This document shows, piece by piece, positions 26,629 through 35,884 of a stretch of 45,599 nt of DNA; the stretch's first letter is position 1; each line of letters opens with the position of its first letter. The notes beneath the pieces are model-generated. The model worked only from the letters and a program-made list of their open reading frames with translations. It was not told the origin of the DNA and made no database searches. A program made the translations under genes and the position numbers. Origin of the DNA: a virus (lineage: Duplodnaviria > Caudoviricetes); the IMG/VR virus record IMGVR_UViG_3300022719_000041, positions 1 through 45,599 of that record; one strand, given 5' to 3'.

Positions 26629-28938
26629 TCAGTACGTGTCGTGCCCAGCTTCCAGGTTGCGCTCCTTGAGCGAGTCCTGGTGCATCTGCCGGCGCAGTTC
26701 CATGCCGCGCAGAATCTGGTCGGCACGCTCCCGGGCCTCCTGCGCGCGCTGCTTGGACGCCTCAAGCATGGCCCTGACCTGCCGGTCTTGCTCGCCGCTC
26801 TGGAACCGGGCCTCGATGTCGGCCATCTTGATGTTCTCCTGGGCCGCGGCCTGCGCCATCCGGCTGTCGCGTTCCATCTGCGCGATGATCAGCTTCGTTT
26901 CGCGGTCCGCGGCCTCGCTTTCCGCGCGCATGCGTTCGCGCTCGAGTTCGATGAGTTCCGACTGATCGACACCGCCGTTTTGCGCCGCGCGCTCGATCTT
27001 CTGACTCGCTTCCTGCGCCTCGGCCTGGGCCTTGGTCGCCTCGGCCTGCGCCTTCTGCACTTCGGCCTCGGCCTGGGCCTGCTGCATCTGTTCCTGCGCC
27101 GACGGCCCCTGGTTTTCCATCTCCTCGTCGGTCAGGAACAGGTCATTGACCGGGATGTCCATCGTCGACCAGCTCATCTTGTACAGGCGTTCCATGCGGA
27201 CCCGGCGCTTGAGGTCAGGGTCCTGTTGGGCCATCGACAGCGCCATGAGCGTGTGCTGAGCCTGCTTGTCCTTGACCAACAAGTAGCTCGCGCCGCGCGG
27301 GTCGACGTTCATGTCGATCTTGATCGAATCGTCGTCGCCGTATTGCATCAGCCACCAGTAGTAGCGGGTCAGCATCGGGACCGTGACCTCGTCGTCCCAC
27401 TGGTGAGCGAACTTGCGCTGCACGATGTTCTGGCTGTTCATCACCATCTGCATCCCGCTCGCGGTCTGCTGGACGGTGTTCGAGGCCTCGCCGTGCGCGA
27501 GCATCGGCAACTGGGTCGAGTCATTGGCGTTTTGCTTCGCCATGTCGTACAGCGGCGTGATATTCGGCAGCGCCGACTCGATGTTGTTGAACTGGATCAC
27601 GTCGGCAATCGACTTGACGCGCGCGTCCGTCACTTTCCAGGACTTCGGCCCACGGACCACATAGGACCCGTCGCCGGGCACGGCCTTGCCCTCCCAGTGC
27701 ACCGTCTGCGGACCGGCCGTGAGTTTGACGTTGTGGACCATGGCCTCCCAGGCGATGTCGATCGTGCGCTGGTCATCGCGCATGATCCGCGGGATGCCGT
27801 AGGAGTTGATGATGTCCGCCTCGTCGCGCCGATAGGGCACGACGTAGTAGGGCACGCGCTCGTCGCCCATGATCGCGTTCAAATCGACCTTCAGCGGAAT
27901 ACCCTGGCTGAACCAGACCTCGCCCCAGTAGTGCTCCAGCGGATCAGGCTCCTCGTTCGGGTCCAACGCGCCCAACGCGTGCAGCAGGTCCGGCTCGATC
28001 GGCCCGTGGTATTCCCAGACGATGAACTTTTCTTCTTCATCGCCGTTGTCGCTGCCGGTCAGAAGGTTGTCCCGCGCGTCCAGCAGGCTCGACTCGTATT
28101 CGCTCGTCGACGGCGCCTGGCTCGCGAGCTTTCTCACGGCCGCCTGGTCGAAGCCCTCGTGCTGCGCAAGCTGGACGACGCGCGACGGGCTATACCGGTG
28201 CATCTCGAACGCACCATCGCATTCTTCCATCGACCGGCACTTGTTCGGGAAGAACATCCAGGGGTCCACGTGGGTCGACGCCGGGTTCGACTCCTGCTGG
28301 ACTTGCAGGGTCATCACCGTCTCGACCATCGGCTCGCCGGTCGCCGGGTCCGCCATCGGCTGGCCATGCTCATCCTCGACCGGGATTTCCTGTGCCCGAA
28401 CGACGCGCCTGGAGCTCATGCGCGGATACGGACCCTTGATCACCCCGACGCCGAGCCGGCAGGCGTCGTGGATCGCCTTGCGCCCATGCTTGGCGTACTG
28501 GCAGTCGGTCAGGAACTCCTCGACCTTGGCCTGCGCCTTCTTGACCGCCTGGCGCGCGGTCTCGATGTCGACCGGCTGACCGTAGATGTCTTCCGGATGG
28601 TCCGGCGGGTCAAATTGCCAGTTCGGGTCATTGGTAGGGAACAGCATGTCGCCGATCCGTGCGGCTGCCAGCTCCACCTTTTCCCCGGTCTTGTTGTCGA
28701 CCGGCGGGACCTCGTCCTCGCCCTCGGCCTGTTCGTCGATGTCGAACTGCCGCAGGCCCCAATACTGGCGCTCGTCCTGAATCCAGCGCGATTCGATCGT
28801 GCACTTGTGGGAAACCGCCTGTTCCTTCTTCGCCTCCAGCGCCTGAATCAACCCGGTCCGGAAGTGGTCGTCAACGGACTCGCCCTCGTCAACGTCTTCG
28901 AGTTCGAGATCGTCGTCCATTGCGAGTTCGTCCATCAA
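26629..28938 (-). CDS. Portal protein
   Basis: Follows TerL; ARIGDMLFP, DACRLGVGVIKGP, VDPWMFFP, TASGMQMVM, C-terminal coiled barrel. Confidence 0.9.
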   Translation of the reverse strand: MMDELAMDDDLELEDVDEGESVDDHFRTGLIQALEAKKEQAVSHKCTIESRWIQDERQYWGLRQFDIDEQAEGEDEVPPVDNKTGEKVELAAARIGDMLFPTNDPNWQFDPPDHPEDIYGQPVDIETARQAVKKAQAKVEEFLTDCQYAKHGRKAIHDACRLGVGVIKGPYPRMSSRRVVRAQEIPVEDEHGQPMADPATGEPMVETVMTLQVQQESNPASTHVDPWMFFPNKCRSMEECDGAFEMHRYSPSRVVQLAQHEGFDQAAVRKLASQAPSTSEYESSLLDARDNLLTGSDNGDEEEKFIVWEYHGPIEPDLLHALGALDPNEEPDPLEHYWGEVWFSQGIPLKVDLNAIMGDERVPYYVVPYRRDEADIINSYGIPRIMRDDQRTIDIAWEAMVHNVKLTAGPQTVHWEGKAVPGDGSYVVRGPKSWKVTDARVKSIADVIQFNNIESALPNITPLYDMAKQNANDSTQLPMLAHGEASNTVQQTASGMQMVMNSQNIVQRKFAHQWDDEVTVPMLTRYYWWLMQYGDDDSIKIDMNVDPRGASYLLVKDKQAQHTLMALSMAQQDPDLKRRVRMERLYKMSWSTMDIPVNDLFLTDEEMENQGPSAQEQMQQAQAEAEVQKAQAEATKAQAEAQEASQKIERAAQNGGVDQSELIELERERMRAESEAADRETKLIIAQMERDSRMAQAAAQENIKMADIEARFQSGEQDRQVRAMLEASKQRAQEARERADQILRGMELRRQMHQDSLKERNLEAGHDTY

Positions 28939-30365
28939 ATCTTCCTTCCAAAGTGTATTTGCCGCTCAGACGGCCGTGACGTGACGACCTCGGATTTGCA
29001 CTTGGCAATGTACTCACCTTCGGCGATCAGGTACTGGGTCGAATCCATACAATGGTCGTGTTCCTTCACGATCCGCCCCTTGTCGTCGTAGTGGTACATC
29101 CGGTACTCCTGCAACCATTGGCGAAGGGTAGAAAAGACCTTGATCTTCCCGGTGATAAGGCGTTTCCGGACCTTCTCAATTCTTGCCTCTTTGCCCGGTT
29201 TCGTCGCCGGGATGATCTCGATGCCGTTGTCGGCGTACTCGTCGATCATCTTCTCGCCGTCGAGCACGTTCGTATGGCGCGCGTCCCCGACGATCGGGAT
29301 CCAGGCACCGCGTGAAGCGATTGCCGCGGCATGGACCGGGATCACCAGTTCACCGGCCTTGTGCTCGTCGTACAGGTACCAGGTATCGGTCTCCCGGTCC
29401 CACGCGCCCCACACGGCCGCCGTGTTGCGCCAGCCGCCGTCAAATCCAATCGCCCGCGGCCAGTGGTCCGGGATCTCGTCTAGGGGCTCGATGACGAAGT
29501 TCGACTCCGGCACCGGGTAGACGGCGCCCACCCCGAGCGCGGGGATGCCTTTGCTCACGGTGTCTCTCATGTACGACGGGGTGTTCTCCAATTTGCCCTG
29601 CTTCCATTCTTCGGTCAGGTGCGGAACATCATCCCAGGTGCAGGGAATGACCTCGCGCGATTCCGCCGGCTCGTTGACAAACAGGTTCACCAGTTCCGTC
29701 GCCCCGTGCAGCGGGGTGTGCGTACACATGAGTAACGGATGGTCCGATGATCGGGTTCTCGTGTAGAGCTCCGAATAGTGCAATATAGGCGCCGGCTCAT
29801 CAAGCCAGCCGCCGTCCAGGTTTTCCCCAAACCAGGCATCCAAGGCCTGGTCGTAGGTCCGGACCCCGACTTCCGAATATCCTCCGGAGACGTGCTGTAC
29901 GCGGATCGACTCGATCAAGCCGCCGCCGGAGGGCCAACGTCGCATCGAACTGAAGTCAATCAGATCCGTCGGCACCATCGCGCCGCCTTCTTCCTCGGCC
30001 TTCGGCCGGCCGAGCAACAGTGCCTGCTGGTTATCCCGCGTCGTCTGCAGCGTCTTCCCGGCGATCCAGAAGCGCGGCGGGCGCTTGAACCGGAATCCCG
30101 GCCACCAGTCCGGATACAGGCCGGTCAGGTGCAGAGCTATCTCAAACGCACCCATCGAAAGCGTCTTACCGACGCCATTCGCGCACATTGCCATGCGGGC
30201 GGTGCGCCTCTTGCCGGCAGCGAAGAACGCCATGTGCTGCGGGTAGAGTTCGCGCCGGTATGGACCAGTCTCCGGGAACAGGCTGTATATCAGGCCTTTT
30301 CGTTTCTCTCGCCGCTCGTACTCGCGGAAAAGCTGGTCGATCGACGACTCATGAATCGCCGCCAT
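28935..30365 (-). CDS. terL: Terminase large subunit (P22-like)
   Basis: Walker A CANGVGKT, Walker B WLDEP, THTPLHG, nuclease motifs GFDGGW and DHCMDSTQY. Confidence 0.95.
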   Translation of the reverse strand: MAAIHESSIDQLFREYERREKRKGLIYSLFPETGPYRRELYPQHMAFFAAGKRRTARMAMCANGVGKTLSMGAFEIALHLTGLYPDWWPGFRFKRPPRFWIAGKTLQTTRDNQQALLLGRPKAEEEGGAMVPTDLIDFSSMRRWPSGGGLIESIRVQHVSGGYSEVGVRTYDQALDAWFGENLDGGWLDEPAPILHYSELYTRTRSSDHPLLMCTHTPLHGATELVNLFVNEPAESREVIPCTWDDVPHLTEEWKQGKLENTPSYMRDTVSKGIPALGVGAVYPVPESNFVIEPLDEIPDHWPRAIGFDGGWRNTAAVWGAWDRETDTWYLYDEHKAGELVIPVHAAAIASRGAWIPIVGDARHTNVLDGEKMIDEYADNGIEIIPATKPGKEARIEKVRKRLITGKIKVFSTLRQWLQEYRMYHYDDKGRIVKEHDHCMDSTQYLIAEGEYIAKCKSEVVTSRPSERQIHFGRKI

Positions 30366-30963
30366 CTTCGCCTTCTGCGATCAGACTGGACACGTCGATG
30401 CCCTGGTCGCGCATGTTCGCCAACCGCTGCCGAATCGCTGCTCGAAGCTCTTCATCAGAAGCCTCGGACAATTCCTGCTTGTTCGTTACCTCTACCTTCT
30501 CGCCGTACCGCTTGGAGGCGAGCTTCGACAGATACCACTTGCGGGTGTCGACGCGCAGCCTTGAACGGTTCACGTGCTCCCCGTTCAACTTCCAGCCGAG
30601 ATTTTCGCCGTCCTCGCCATGGCGTTCCATCCAGTCATTCTGACCGTCGTCGGAAATCTCCAGCGTCTCCTCGGCCATTGCGTCCAGGCCAAGGTCACGC
30701 GCACGCAAGAATCGTTGGGTAAAGTCGCCATGCTCGTCAGTCGCCACCCACCACCTGACGGTGGATTCATGCGGCATGCCCTTGGTCTTGCAGATTGATC
30801 GCAGTGACTCACCGTCAATCAGGCGTCTCAGGATCTCGTCGGCGGTTTCGTCGGAAAAAGTCGATGGCTTGGTCGTCTTCTTGGTCGTCGGTTTGCGCTT
30901 ATACGGCGAACCCTTCGCGACCTTCTTCTTCGCGACCTTCTTCTTCGCAGCCTTTTTACTCAT
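30349..30963 (-). CDS. terS: Terminase small subunit (Sf6-gp1-like) with a basic AKKK-repeat N-terminus
   Basis: GESLRSIC..MPHESTVRWW, RLRVDTRKWYLSKL..RYGEK. Confidence 0.9.
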   Translation of the reverse strand: MSKKAAKKKVAKKKVAKGSPYKRKPTTKKTTKPSTFSDETADEILRRLIDGESLRSICKTKGMPHESTVRWWVATDEHGDFTQRFLRARDLGLDAMAEETLEISDDGQNDWMERHGEDGENLGWKLNGEHVNRSRLRVDTRKWYLSKLASKRYGEKVEVTNKQELSEASDEELRAAIRQRLANMRDQGIDVSSLIAEGEDGGDS

Positions 30964-31156
30964 AGCTGCGCCTCATCGCCTCGTTTAACTTCTCAAGCAC
31001 TTCTGCCGTGATCGAGCAGTCTTCAAACGCAACGGTTTGGTCGTCGATGAGGCGCCGCACGCGGAAAACAACCTTTCCGGCGCCGGCCGAAGATGCGCCA
31101 AGAGTTGCCGACGGCACTTCAATCTGCGGTCCTTCAATCTGTTCGTGTTCATCCAT
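30956..31156 (-). CDS. Hypothetical protein
   Basis: AGGAGG RBS, overlaps the terS start. Confidence 0.7.
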   Translation of the reverse strand: MDEHEQIEGPQIEVPSATLGASSAGAGKVVFRVRRLIDDQTVAFEDCSITAEVLEKLNEAMRRSYE

Positions 31157-31216
31157 TTCCGAAGTCCTCCTGGGAGTCCGGAGCCCCGGCCCGCAGGGGC
31201 CGGGTTCCGAAGTTGC

Positions 31217-31411
31217 TCAGTATTTCATGCCCTTCTTGCCGCTCGAGCCCTTGCTCTTGCCGCCGTAGTACCCGCTGTCGCCGGGATGGCCGGTTCCCTT
31301 GCGGGAATAGCCGTCGGGACCGACGTTCGAGTGATTGCGCTCGCTCGACAGATTGCCGGCACCGGCGAGCGTGCCGGAACCGCGGTGTGGCTTTTTGTGT
31401 CCGTGTTTCAT
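31217..31411 (-). CDS. Gly/Lys/His-rich small basic protein
   Basis: AGGAG RBS; followed by a GC hairpin at 31180-31208. Confidence 0.7.
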   Translation of the reverse strand: MKHGHKKPHRGSGTLAGAGNLSSERNHSNVGPDGYSRKGTGHPGDSGYYGGKSKGSSGKKGMKY

Positions 31412-31443
31412 CGTGCTTCTCCTGGCCGTATGGCCTTTGTGGG

Positions 31444-31707
31444 TTACTCGGCGCGACGTGCGATCTCGGCGTCAATGGCCCTTATCGCACCGTCGCGGGT
31501 CTTGCCGTTTTGCTCGGCCTCGCGCAACTCGAGCAACTCATCGTCGGTCCTGTCCGGGAGCGCGGCCTCAACCTGGCCGATGTTCCCGTCCAGCACCGAC
31601 AACAGGTCGCTCGGTTCTTCGGCTTCGTCTGCCTCCTCGGGCAGCCCGACAGCCTTCTCAAGCCGCGCGATCCGGCGTTCCATTTCCAGTTGAGAGTTGT
31701 GCATCAT
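31444..31707 (-). CDS. Hypothetical protein
   Basis: ATGA coupling; ELREAEQNGKTRDGAIRAI helical C-terminus. Confidence 0.75.
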   Translation of the reverse strand: MMHNSQLEMERRIARLEKAVGLPEEADEAEEPSDLLSVLDGNIGQVEAALPDRTDDELLELREAEQNGKTRDGAIRAIDAEIARRAE

Positions 31708-31913
31708 TTCACCTTCGATATCGGTTGAGCCCGGTTCACGCCGGGCTTGGGTGGTTGATAAGGGCTCGGGCCGGGCAGATTGGTTTTCCGCTCGGCCTCC
31801 GCCCGGTCCCGCGCAGCGTTGGTTCCGTCCGGCCCCATCGGCCGACCGAATACCTTGCGCTCCAGTGCAGCCAGCCGCTTGTCAACCAGCCGCTCTCGTT
31901 CATTGACGTACAT
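31704..31913 (-). CDS. Hypothetical protein
   Basis: Short ORF in the operon, with RLAALERKV coil. Confidence 0.7.
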   Translation of the reverse strand: MYVNERERLVDKRLAALERKVFGRPMGPDGTNAARDRAEAERKTNLPGPSPYQPPKPGVNRAQPISKVK

Positions 31914-31924
31914 AGGTCACCCTA

Positions 31925-32470
31925 TCAGGTGTAGGTGTATCCGCCGGTCAGCGTCGCCGTCACCGGTCCGGGGTTCGTGACCACCACGTCCTGCGCGCCG
32001 GCGGTACCCGACGGGGTCGTGCAGGTGATCTTCGTCTCCGAGTGCTGGACGACGTTCGTCGCCGAAGCCCCGCCAACTGTGACCGTGGCCGCCGGGTCGA
32101 AGCCCAGGCCGTTGATCTGGATGTCGGTGCCGCCGGCCGCCGGGCCGCTGTCCGGGTTCACACCCAGGACGGCGAACAGATCGAGCAACGCGTCCACTCG
32201 GTCGTTCAGGCGGTGGATGAACTGGCGCAGGTGCGGCAGGCTGTTTTCCTGCACGCTGTCGCGCGCCGGCGCCGTGAACGACGTATCGGCAGACGCCTCG
32301 GCGTCGGCCTCGACCGTGGCAATCTGCGCCTCGATCTTGTTCGCATCGCCGCGCAGGCGCTGGCGGTTCAGGCGGACGATCTTGGCGTCCACCATGGACG
32401 TGTTGGCGACCCTTTGTTCCAGGCCGATCAACGCCTTCTTCAGTCGGAAAGCGGATAAGCGATTTGCCAT
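31925..32470 (-). CDS. Coiled-coil plus IPT/TIG (Ig-like) domain protein
   Basis: VNPDSGPAAGGTDIQING.GF...VTVGG...ITCTTP..G...VVVTNP...GYTY. Confidence 0.85.
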   Translation of the reverse strand: MANRLSAFRLKKALIGLEQRVANTSMVDAKIVRLNRQRLRGDANKIEAQIATVEADAEASADTSFTAPARDSVQENSLPHLRQFIHRLNDRVDALLDLFAVLGVNPDSGPAAGGTDIQINGLGFDPAATVTVGGASATNVVQHSETKITCTTPSGTAGAQDVVVTNPGPVTATLTGGYTYT

Positions 32471-32472
32471 TT

Positions 32473-32712
32473 TCAGATCTCCATCGGGGGTTGTGGGAGC
32501 ATCAGGCCCTTTTGCAGGGCCGTGAACAGGCAGCCAACCTGGCCGGCCAGAAACTCGAAATAATCGCGCTCATCGTCGTCGCCACGCTCTGCGGCGCGCT
32601 GGGACTTGAGCAACAGCATCACCTGCACGTCCTCGCAGGTATCATCGTCGCCGATCAGGTACTGGGTCCCATCCACGCGGACGGCGAGCACCACTGCGGT
32701 GTCATCCGTCAT
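32473..32712 (-). CDS. Hypothetical protein (79 aa)
   Basis: Start MTDDTAVV overlaps the end of the upstream gene. Confidence 0.65.
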   Translation of the reverse strand: MTDDTAVVLAVRVDGTQYLIGDDDTCEDVQVMLLLKSQRAAERGDDDERDYFEFLAGQVGCLFTALQKGLMLPQPPMEI

Positions 32713-33211
32713 CAGCCGCAAGATCCTGATCCACGCCGTCCATCGGTGTCGCCTCGGCCATTTCCGCCCGCGCCTGTTCCGCGGCGACGCGATCAGCCTC
32801 GAACTCCTCGGCGTTTTCGGCGTGAATCTTCTCGCTCTTGGCTTGCTGCAGCCGGCCTCGCAAGGTGTACAGCCCTGAATGGAACAGGACGGCCTCGGCC
32901 GCGGACACCGCGCGCCCCATGTCCCCGGGGTCGGTCTCGCGGATATTCTCATCCTCGAACAGCAGCTCGGCGAGCGCTCGAATGCGCTTGACCACCTTGC
33001 GCTTGAGTCGCACGTCCTTTTTGCGCTGGCTCGCCGAGCTCAACATCGCGATCAGCGAGGCCATCAGCTCCGTGAGCTCCCGGTGCCCGGCGTGCTCCAC
33101 ATTGTCCATCGCGAGCTGCAGTTTGCGCTTGCTCGACTCCAGGAGCACGTCTGCGAGCTTGTCGGCGTCGTCTTCCGCGTTGATTGCCTCAATCCAATCG
33201 TTCTTCATCAA
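32702..33211 (-). CDS. Hypothetical helical protein
   Basis: 169 aa, coupled to its neighbours. Confidence 0.7.
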   Translation of the reverse strand: MMKNDWIEAINAEDDADKLADVLLESSKRKLQLAMDNVEHAGHRELTELMASLIAMLSSASQRKKDVRLKRKVVKRIRALAELLFEDENIRETDPGDMGRAVSAAEAVLFHSGLYTLRGRLQQAKSEKIHAENAEEFEADRVAAEQARAEMAEATPMDGVDQDLAADDG

Positions 33212-33816
33212 ATCCCTTCGTCAAAGCGCGCTCGGCGCTGATTGTCCAGATAAAACCCCAGTCTCGGCCCGTCCGGGTCTGGGACGTATCTCATGTCGTT
33301 TCGCGGATCGTCACCCGTGTAATACGGCACCGCCTGGCGGTTGCCCCAGCGAAAATCCCGATTCTCATGGAATTGGACCTCGATCGGGCGGCCGCCGACG
33401 TACTCGACGTTCGCCACGGCATGCTCGTTCAGGATGTTCTGGATCCATGTCGGCGGCAGCGGCAGCGTGTCGTAGACGAGCTCCCACAGATCCCACCGAT
33501 CCAGGTGCCCGTCCCTGCGGTGGCCGCGCACGACCAGAACCGGGAATCCCTTCGTGTAGTCGACCGAAATGTGATGGCCGTCGAACTGCTCGCACCAGAA
33601 TGACCCGAGCGGCAGGTGGTCGGTGTTGGCCTCCAGGCGCATCACACTCGCGCCGGCGCCCATTCCGTTGATGTTCACGCACGGCCTGACCACGTACTCG
33701 CCGGGCTCCGGCACGTCCTCGCCGGCTGGCCCGCACACGTAGTCCATACGGTCAGCGAGCAGCAGCTTGTCCAGCACCCACCTGTGGCGCCGGTGACAAG
33801 CCTGCCAATCGCTCAC
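33208..33816 (-). CDS. Phage protein, probable ATP-grasp-like fold
   Basis: DKLLLA...YVVRPCVNINGMGAGA...FWCEQFDGHHISVDY...NVEYVGGRPIEVQF. Confidence 0.6.
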   Translation of the reverse strand: MSDWQACHRRHRWVLDKLLLADRMDYVCGPAGEDVPEPGEYVVRPCVNINGMGAGASVMRLEANTDHLPLGSFWCEQFDGHHISVDYTKGFPVLVVRGHRRDGHLDRWDLWELVYDTLPLPPTWIQNILNEHAVANVEYVGGRPIEVQFHENRDFRWGNRQAVPYYTGDDPRNDMRYVPDPDGPRLGFYLDNQRRARFDEGI

Positions 33817-34106
33817 TGCTTGTCCGCTTTGCTCTGCACTAGCGATTCGATCCGGATCAGATACTGCTTCAGCTCCTCGAACTGCTTGTCCGCTCGGCGC
33901 TCCAGTGCCTCGGTATCCTTGTGGAAATCTCGTTTTAGCTCGCCGAAGCGGGCGTCGATCTCCGACCGGCGCTGCCGAATTTCTTCCCTTGGGATGAAGT
34001 CGCCCATCCTTTCAATTGTTTTGCCCATGGAAATATGCAGCCGAACCAGCCAGGTCATCTGCGCTGCGAGCACGATCCCAAGGACGGTGATGGTGACGTC
34101 ATCCAC
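33813..34106 (-). CDS. Single-TM coiled-coil protein (holin/antiholin-like)
   Basis: GAGGAGG RBS with GTG start; TM then coil. Confidence 0.65.
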   Translation of the reverse strand: MDDVTITVLGIVLAAQMTWLVRLHISMGKTIERMGDFIPREEIRQRRSEIDARFGELKRDFHKDTEALERRADKQFEELKQYLIRIESLVQSKADKQ

Positions 34107-34434
34107 TGCACACCTCCTCACACTCGGCGCGCGTCGCCCCGTCCTGCCGGCACCGAATCCAGCACCGGTCAGCGTCGGCGCGCTCGACCACGGCCTCGCA
34201 GCGCAGCAGCCGGTCCTCCAGCGCGCCATTCGGCACTCTGCCGTCAGGCATCCGGGCCTCGATCGTCAGCGGCGCGATCCGCTCGTCCGGTATCCGCTGC
34301 ATCACCGGCACCGGCACTTCGACCAGCGTCGGGGCCGAGGGCTTCGGCGCGCTCGCGCAGGCGTTCAGAAATAGCGCTGCACACCAGATCGGCGCGCCAC
34401 GCGGCACAGTCGTCGTCGGTGTCGTAAATCGCAT
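34099..34434 (-). CDS. Outer-membrane spanin (Rz1-like lipoprotein); start uncertain
   Basis: Lipobox LNAC, Pro-rich, overlaps the i-spanin 3' end in another frame. Confidence 0.75.
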   Translation of the reverse strand: MRFTTPTTTVPRGAPIWCAALFLNACASAPKPSAPTLVEVPVPVMQRIPDERIAPLTIEARMPDGRVPNGALEDRLLRCEAVVERADADRCWIRCRQDGATRAECEEVCSG

Positions 34435-34759
34435 CGCGGTCCCTTCTCTCCTTGGTGGTTTGCGCCTGCAGTTCCGCCAGTCGGTTTTCGAGCACAGCAT
34501 TTGCGGCACGCTCGGCCTCCAGATCAAGCACCCTTTGGGTAACCTCTTGGGATAGCCGCTCGGACAGCGCGACGACCGCTTTCTCGTTTTGCCCGGCCGT
34601 GGCGATCATCCCGCCGAGATCCTGGTTGCACTCGCGCATTTCGTTCGTGGCCCACCACGCCCAAGCACCAGCGGCCACAACGCTGCCGAGAAGCAGCAAA
34701 ACAACACGCCCGCTGATGAACTTCGCGGCGATGCCAGCGAGTCTTGTGCGAATGGCCAT
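34244..34759 (-). CDS. Inner-membrane spanin (Rz-like)
   Basis: N-terminal TM, coiled coil, DCAAWR motif. Confidence 0.8.
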   Translation of the reverse strand: MAIRTRLAGIAAKFISGRVVLLLLGSVVAAGAWAWWATNEMRECNQDLGGMIATAGQNEKAVVALSERLSQEVTQRVLDLEAERAANAVLENRLAELQAQTTKERRDRDAIYDTDDDCAAWRADLVCSAISERLRERAEALGPDAGRSAGAGDAADTGRADRAADDRGPDA

Positions 34760-34824
34760 TACTCTTTCCTATGCACGCGTTGTGCGTAATATCCAATTTG
34801 AATGACGATTCCCTTGTTTACCCC

Positions 34825-34852
34825 TTGACAGATTACGCATTCTGCGTATAAG
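34825..34852 (+). promoter_or_regulatory. Orphan sigma70 promoter overlapped by a palindromic operator
   Basis: TTGACA (34825-30), 16 bp spacer, TATAAG; TACGCA-TTC-TGCGTA at 34834-34848. Confidence 0.6.
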
Positions 34853-34922
34853 CAGCACCGCCTATATCGGACTGCTCGAACTCTATCTGATCAAGACCGA
34901 ACAGGCACCAGTACGCTGACGG

Positions 34923-35561
34923 TCAGCGCCTCACCCTCATCTGCGCCCACCACCGCTCGATTCGGCTGACGTAGGTGATGGTCTCGCGCGAATGATGACC
35001 GGTCACCAGGTGCAGGCAGACCCGGATGTCCGCCCATGATCGGCACATCCCACCGCAAGTGCCGCACCCGGTGTTCCGGCATCGCCATTGGGCGCGGATG
35101 ATGTTCCCGGTCCCGGCGTTGTAACCCGCTTCCCCGAGCCGGCGAACCTCAAGTGACGGCCGCGGCTCAGTCCAGGTCTGCATTTGCCGGGCCAGATAGT
35201 AGGCGCCGGCTTCGATTGCCGGCCCCGCTACGTGCGGGCTCAACCCGTCGTATCCCAGCGCCGGCGCGACTTCGCGCCAGGTCCGGGGCATAAACTGCGC
35301 GATGCCGCGCGCGCCGACCGGCGAAACCGCATTCGGGTCCAGCAGAGACTCCTGGTAGAGCTGCGCTTTGTATCGGGTCCAGTCCCAGCCGGGCAGCCAG
35401 CGATCGCTCGCGCCCCGGATCTCACCATCGTAGTCATCAGGCCCGAGCGCGGATGCCGCCGGAACGAACATCCCGAGCACGATCAGAAGGGCGACGAACA
35501 CCAGCAGGGTGACGGCCCGGTAGACCAACGTCCAGAATACCTCTTGATCCCGACCGCTCAT
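34923..35561 (-). CDS. Endolysin, SLT lytic transglycosylase with N-terminal signal/TM
   Basis: YQES...AVSPVGARGIAQFMP, GYNAG.GN, ETITYV. Confidence 0.9.
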   Translation of the reverse strand: MSGRDQEVFWTLVYRAVTLLVFVALLIVLGMFVPAASALGPDDYDGEIRGASDRWLPGWDWTRYKAQLYQESLLDPNAVSPVGARGIAQFMPRTWREVAPALGYDGLSPHVAGPAIEAGAYYLARQMQTWTEPRPSLEVRRLGEAGYNAGTGNIIRAQWRCRNTGCGTCGGMCRSWADIRVCLHLVTGHHSRETITYVSRIERWWAQMRVRR

Positions 35562-35884
35562 CCGAGAACCGAACTGACGATCAACGCCACGGCGAGCACC
35601 CAGGCCGACAGGTAGATCGCGACCGGGAGGTTCCCGTCGATGAGCTGCTTTCGCAGCGCCCCCCACCGGAAACCGGCCAGACGGTCACGGAGCCGCAGGG
35701 CGACGAACAGCACGGTGACGGCCGCAGGGATCAGCAGCAGATCGAGCAGCACAGAGAACAGGCCAACCTGCTGGACATTTCCGCTCGCGCCGGCGAGCGC
35801 GTACAGCCCGACGCCGGCGACGGTGAACACGACGGCGAGCGCCACCCAGGGCCATTCCCGGATCAAATCGCGCAACCAGCTCAT
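35558..35884 (-). CDS. Holin (3 TM)
   Basis: Three hydrophobic segments, ATGA-coupled to the endolysin. Confidence 0.75.
   Translation of the reverse strand: MSWLRDLIREWPWVALAVVFTVAGVGLYALAGASGNVQQVGLFSVLLDLLLIPAAVTVLFVALRLRDRLAGFRWGALRKQLIDGNLPVAIYLSAWVLAVALIVSSVLG

Noticed and set aside
26641-29091. 816-aa plus-strand ORF
   Set aside because: Antisense shadow of the portal gene
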